DNA of 28,161 nucleotides from a virus (Duplodnaviria; Heunggongvirae; Uroviricota; Caudoviricetes): IMG/VR virus record IMGVR_UViG_2579778529_000004, positions 1 to 28,161 of that record; one strand, 5' to 3'. Shown piece by piece: positions 25,537 to 28,161 of this stretch (position 1 is its first letter; each line of letters starts with the position of its first letter). The notes under the pieces were generated by a model. It saw only the letters and a program-made list of their open reading frames with translations, ran no database searches and was not told where the DNA came from. The position numbers and the translations under genes were made by a program.

Positions 25537-26730
25537 TTATAACCCGTTTTTGCAATACACAGTGCAATACACAAATGATGAAAACAGCCAGAACCTTCCA
25601 GAAAAAACAAAAACGACGAACAAGAAAAAATCTTTTTCTTTCATTTGGTTACTAAAAAAATCAGGACAGGCCGCACTGTTGTTACGGCGTGATGTTACGT
25701 TCTTGGTAAAAAAATTCACCCGCGCAGAGACCTGTTCTTTCGCTTTTTTCGCCAGGCGACGCAGATCATCCCAGCGTTTACAGATGCCCAGGCCGGGATT
25801 CGCTTTCTGCCAGACCGTTTCATCAAACGGATCATCTCCCTCATCGAGGGTGTAAATAATCGCAAAGTAGGAGTCGTCTTTTACCGCGCCCTCCACGTCG
25901 CTGTTATAGCCACGCAATACCTTGATGGCGTAATCACGCTGCTCGTAACAAATCCCTTCCTTGTTAAACCCTGCCGTGGTGATACCAAATAAAAGGGACT
26001 GCAGACGGGCACCGGTTGCCGTTTCCAGAACGTCCCACACGTCACGGGTTTTATGTGCATGCAGCTCATCAATAATGGCGCAGTGGATGTTCAGACCATC
26101 CAGGTTGTTTGCATCCGAAGAAAGCGGTTCAAATTTTGATGCGCTCTGCTCCTGGTAAATCGCCAGCTTGTTGAAATCAAACAACCGCCCGAGTGTCGAC
26201 CGGGCTTTTCTGACCATATTTTTGGCGTCTTCAAACACGATTCTGGCCTGGTCACGCGTAGTTGCGGCTGAATACACCTCAGCACCGCCTTCACCATCTG
26301 CCCCCGTCATATACAGACCGATACCCGATGACAGGGTTGATTTTGCGTTTTTACGGGCGACTTCGTTGTACGCCGTCCGGAACCGGCGCACCATCACCGG
26401 ACGTCCGCTGCCATCGCTGCGCATGACAACTTCCCCGGTCTCTTCATTGACCAGCGGAATGACAAAACCAAAAATATTAATGAGGATAAATACATGCCAG
26501 TCCATCAACTCAATAGGCTGGCCTGCCAGCGCCCCTTTTACATGAGGCACAAATTTGTAGAAATTCAGGATGTGCTGCGCACGGGGTTCACTGAAATAAA
26601 TCCCCCGCTCTTCGCCGTACTTCAGATCATCAAGAAAACGCTGGCAGGCCAGACGGACAAATTCGCCAGCGACAATTTCTCCTGCAACAACACGTTCGGC
26701 GTAGCGGATCCCGTCAGCCACTTTTGCCAT
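25537..26730 (-). CDS. terL: Large terminase, N-terminal (ATPase) fragment of the interrupted gene, with a 51-codon insert-derived read-through tail
   Basis: The first ~346 aa align with the insert's terminase N-terminal two-thirds (FVPHVKGA, ARKNAKST, DQARIVFEDA, IIDELH motifs); homology stops at 25698 and the frame reads into insert DNA until a stop at 25537. Confidence 0.8.
   Translation of the reverse strand: MAKVADGIRYAERVVAGEIVAGEFVRLACQRFLDDLKYGEERGIYFSEPRAQHILNFYKFVPHVKGALAGQPIELMDWHVFILINIFGFVIPLVNEETGEVVMRSDGSGRPVMVRRFRTAYNEVARKNAKSTLSSGIGLYMTGADGEGGAEVYSAATTRDQARIVFEDAKNMVRKARSTLGRLFDFNKLAIYQEQSASKFEPLSSDANNLDGLNIHCAIIDELHAHKTRDVWDVLETATGARLQSLLFGITTAGFNKEGICYEQRDYAIKVLRGYNSDVEGAVKDDSYFAIIYTLDEGDDPFDETVWQKANPGLGICKRWDDLRRLAKKAKEQVSARVNFFTKNVTSRRNNSAACPDFFSNQMKEKDFFLFVVFVFSGRFWLFSSFVYCTVYCKNGL
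25552..25572. repeat. 21-bp terminal repeat GCAATACACAGTGCAATACAC, candidate integrase arm-type site
   Basis: 20/21 identical to 11140-11160, same orientation; just upstream of the integrase start. Confidence 0.55.
25702..25716. other. Attachment-site junction (helper terminase N-fragment/insert side)
   Basis: Plus CTTGGTAAAAAAATT; terminase-like translation ends at ...ARVNFFTK here and continues as 51 codons of non-terminase sequence. Confidence 0.5.
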
Positions 26731-27212
26731 CAGTCTCTCGCTTTTAAAAGTTCCGCCAGCGGATCAACATCATCCGGTCCGGCGGTATTTACTTTCGCCC
26801 GGCTTGCCGGTGACATACCAAACTCTGCAAGCATCGCCCGGATCCGCTTCCAGGCATCCGCTTTCATCGCAGCAGCCGGGTGTGCCTTAATCAGCACATC
26901 ACCGTTCTGCGTTTCCGTGCGGTAGGTATAACCCTCAGCATCAAGTGTTTCGCAGTGATGCCGGTATTCGGTGTAGGCTTCCACCAGTAACTCGAGTGCA
27001 CGCGCATCAAGCTGAGAAATGATCCCTTCCGCATTCAGTTCTTCCGCCATTCGCCTGAACCAGTACTTCCCCTGCGACCCTAAATGTTGCGGAATTTTAG
27101 GGAGACCTTTTTCATCCTTTTTAGCGGTTTTTTTTGGGTCTTTAACGGGGCGCTTTGAGGGGTTGCCTCGTATCAAATGCAGGCGTGGCGGGGTTTTCGG
27201 GGGTCCTGACAT
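26730..27212 (-). CDS. terS: Small terminase subunit (P27-family-like), helper prophage
   Basis: 160 aa beginning MSGPPKTPP...; stop overlaps the terminase ATG (ATGA); homologous to the insert's small subunit. Confidence 0.7.
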   Translation of the reverse strand: MSGPPKTPPRLHLIRGNPSKRPVKDPKKTAKKDEKGLPKIPQHLGSQGKYWFRRMAEELNAEGIISQLDARALELLVEAYTEYRHHCETLDAEGYTYRTETQNGDVLIKAHPAAAMKADAWKRIRAMLAEFGMSPASRAKVNTAGPDDVDPLAELLKARD

Positions 27213-27360
27213 AATCGGTTTTACCTATCAATCATTTAATCACATTCCCAAAAAAAAGTTTTCGAACCTGCGGCGATGTGAGGAAGGGTCAGGCGGCGGT
27301 ACTGAGCAGCCAGGGCTGCAGAGATTTGACCCGCCCCTCCCCTACAGATGGGAACTGTTA
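27213..27360. other. Candidate cos region of the helper prophage
   Basis: Noncoding gap between HNH and small terminase; positional inference only. Confidence 0.25.
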
Positions 27361-27711
27361 TCAATTGATGCGTTCGCGCGCTGTTTTTGCTTTATGACAG
27401 GGCCAGCACAGACTCTGCAGGTTACTGTCTGCATCCGTGCCACCATGAGCTTTCGGAATGATGTGGTCCACAGTTCTGGCTTCAACGGCTCTCCCATTGC
27501 GCATGCAGTTCTGACACAGATGATTATCACGCTTCAGTATGCGCGCACGTATGGCATCCCATTTCGAGCCATAGCCACGCTGGTGGCGGCTCAGTCCGCG
27601 CTGATGCTGTACCCATCCTTCGCCACGATGTTTATCGCAGTAACCAGAACTGTCTGTGGTTGTACCTGCACATCCACGCTTACGGCAGGCGCGCGGGATT
27701 TGTGATGGCAT
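27361..27711 (-). CDS. HNH endonuclease, helper prophage
   Basis: Start ATG 27711 with GAGGAG upstream; Cys-rich ...VDHIIPKAHGGTD...NLQSLCWPCHKAKT HNH motif. Confidence 0.8.
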   Translation of the reverse strand: MPSQIPRACRKRGCAGTTTDSSGYCDKHRGEGWVQHQRGLSRHQRGYGSKWDAIRARILKRDNHLCQNCMRNGRAVEARTVDHIIPKAHGGTDADSNLQSLCWPCHKAKTARERIN

Positions 27712-27753
27712 AGAATTTCGCTCCTCTAAAAAATATTCTGCTCTCACCGTCGG

Positions 27754-27936
27754 TCAGTTCTGCATACACTGCCGGACACCGTCGACAATTTCGCAGACCT
27801 GAGAAGCCATATCGAAAAGCTGGCGCGCCTTATCCATGCTGACGCATCCCACCAAGAAAAAAGGCACCAGTATCGCTACCAGTGCCCATTTCGCCGTTGT
27901 TCGCGGCATTCTGTGTATCCAGTGTTTTCTGCTCAT
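27754..27936 (-). CDS. Putative lipoprotein (possible outer-membrane spanin-like)
   Basis: Signal-peptide-like N-terminus with lipobox LVGC (…AKWALVAILVPFFLVGCVS…); directly downstream of the endolysin. Start could be 27936 or 27909. Confidence 0.4.
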   Translation of the reverse strand: MSRKHWIHRMPRTTAKWALVAILVPFFLVGCVSMDKARQLFDMASQVCEIVDGVRQCMQN

Positions 27937-27950
27937 AACACACCTGGTTA

Positions 27951-28161
27951 TCAGCGTTTCAACTGAAAGTGAGGCCCGTCTTTCAGTGTTTTCCAGTCCC
28001 CGCCCCATTCGATGGCAGTTCCCAGCTCTGCGGCAGCCTGCTTAAATGCCTGCGCGATTTTCTCGTACAGAGCCCAGTCCCATGACACCTGGCTGCCAAC
28101 GTAAGCCACAACATCCACCGCATCACCGGTCAGGTGACGACTGTTCATGGTCTGGCTCTTG
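27951..28161 (-). CDS. Endolysin, peptidase M15-like (L-alanyl-D-glutamate peptidase); 5' end beyond the window
   Basis: C-terminal ...HLTGDAVDVVAYVG...IEWGGDWKTLKDGPHFQL resembles M15 peptidase endolysins; the frame stays open upstream of 28148 to the window edge. Confidence 0.55.
   Translation of the reverse strand, partial: KSQTMNSRHLTGDAVDVVAYVGSQVSWDWALYEKIAQAFKQAAAELGTAIEWGGDWKTLKDGPHFQLKR

Larger units (their letters stand above)
11057..25716 (-). mobile_element. Integrated capsid-forming phage satellite (cf-PICI-like) with P4-like integrase and primase, inserted in the helper large terminase gene
   Basis: Bounded by imperfect 15-bp repeats (12/15 identical) with 7-bp core TTGGTAA at 11058-11064 and 25703-25709; carries integrase, AlpA, replication and complete head/packaging genes but no tail or lysis genes. 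Confidence 0.75.

Noticed and set aside
27019..27705. 228-aa plus-strand ORF
   Set aside because: Antisense to the helper small terminase and HNH genes.

Overview
No tools or database searches were run; every call below comes from reading the sequence and the supplied ORF track, and family assignments rest on recognised motifs. The window is a phage-within-prophage structure, probably from an enterobacterial genome (inference). Positions 1-11056 and 25717-28161 are the two halves of one HK97/lambda-like cos prophage, all on the minus strand: endolysin, lipoprotein, HNH, cos, small terminase, large terminase, portal, protease, major capsid, connector/adaptor, tail genes, tape measure, M and L. 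Its large terminase gene is split in frame into an N-terminal piece (25698-26730) and a C-terminal nuclease piece (10328-11053) by a roughly 14.7 kb integrase-bearing insert (about 11057-25716). The junctions share a 15-bp imperfect repeat (12/15 identical) with a 7-bp perfect core TTGGTAA. The insert has a P4-like tyrosine integrase, two AlpA-like genes, a Bro-N antirepressor-like gene, a divergent switch with three copies of a 10-bp operator motif, four small coupled ORFs, a primase/replicase, SSB, a FinO/ProQ-domain protein and a complete HK97-type head and packaging module (capsid, protease, portal, gp6-like connector, HNH, both terminase subunits) but no tail genes. This matches a capsid-forming satellite (cf-PICI-like) lodged in the terminase gene of its likely helper. 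Two GCGGGTTA iteron arrays about 7.8 kb apart suggest a P4-style ori plus crr replicon.
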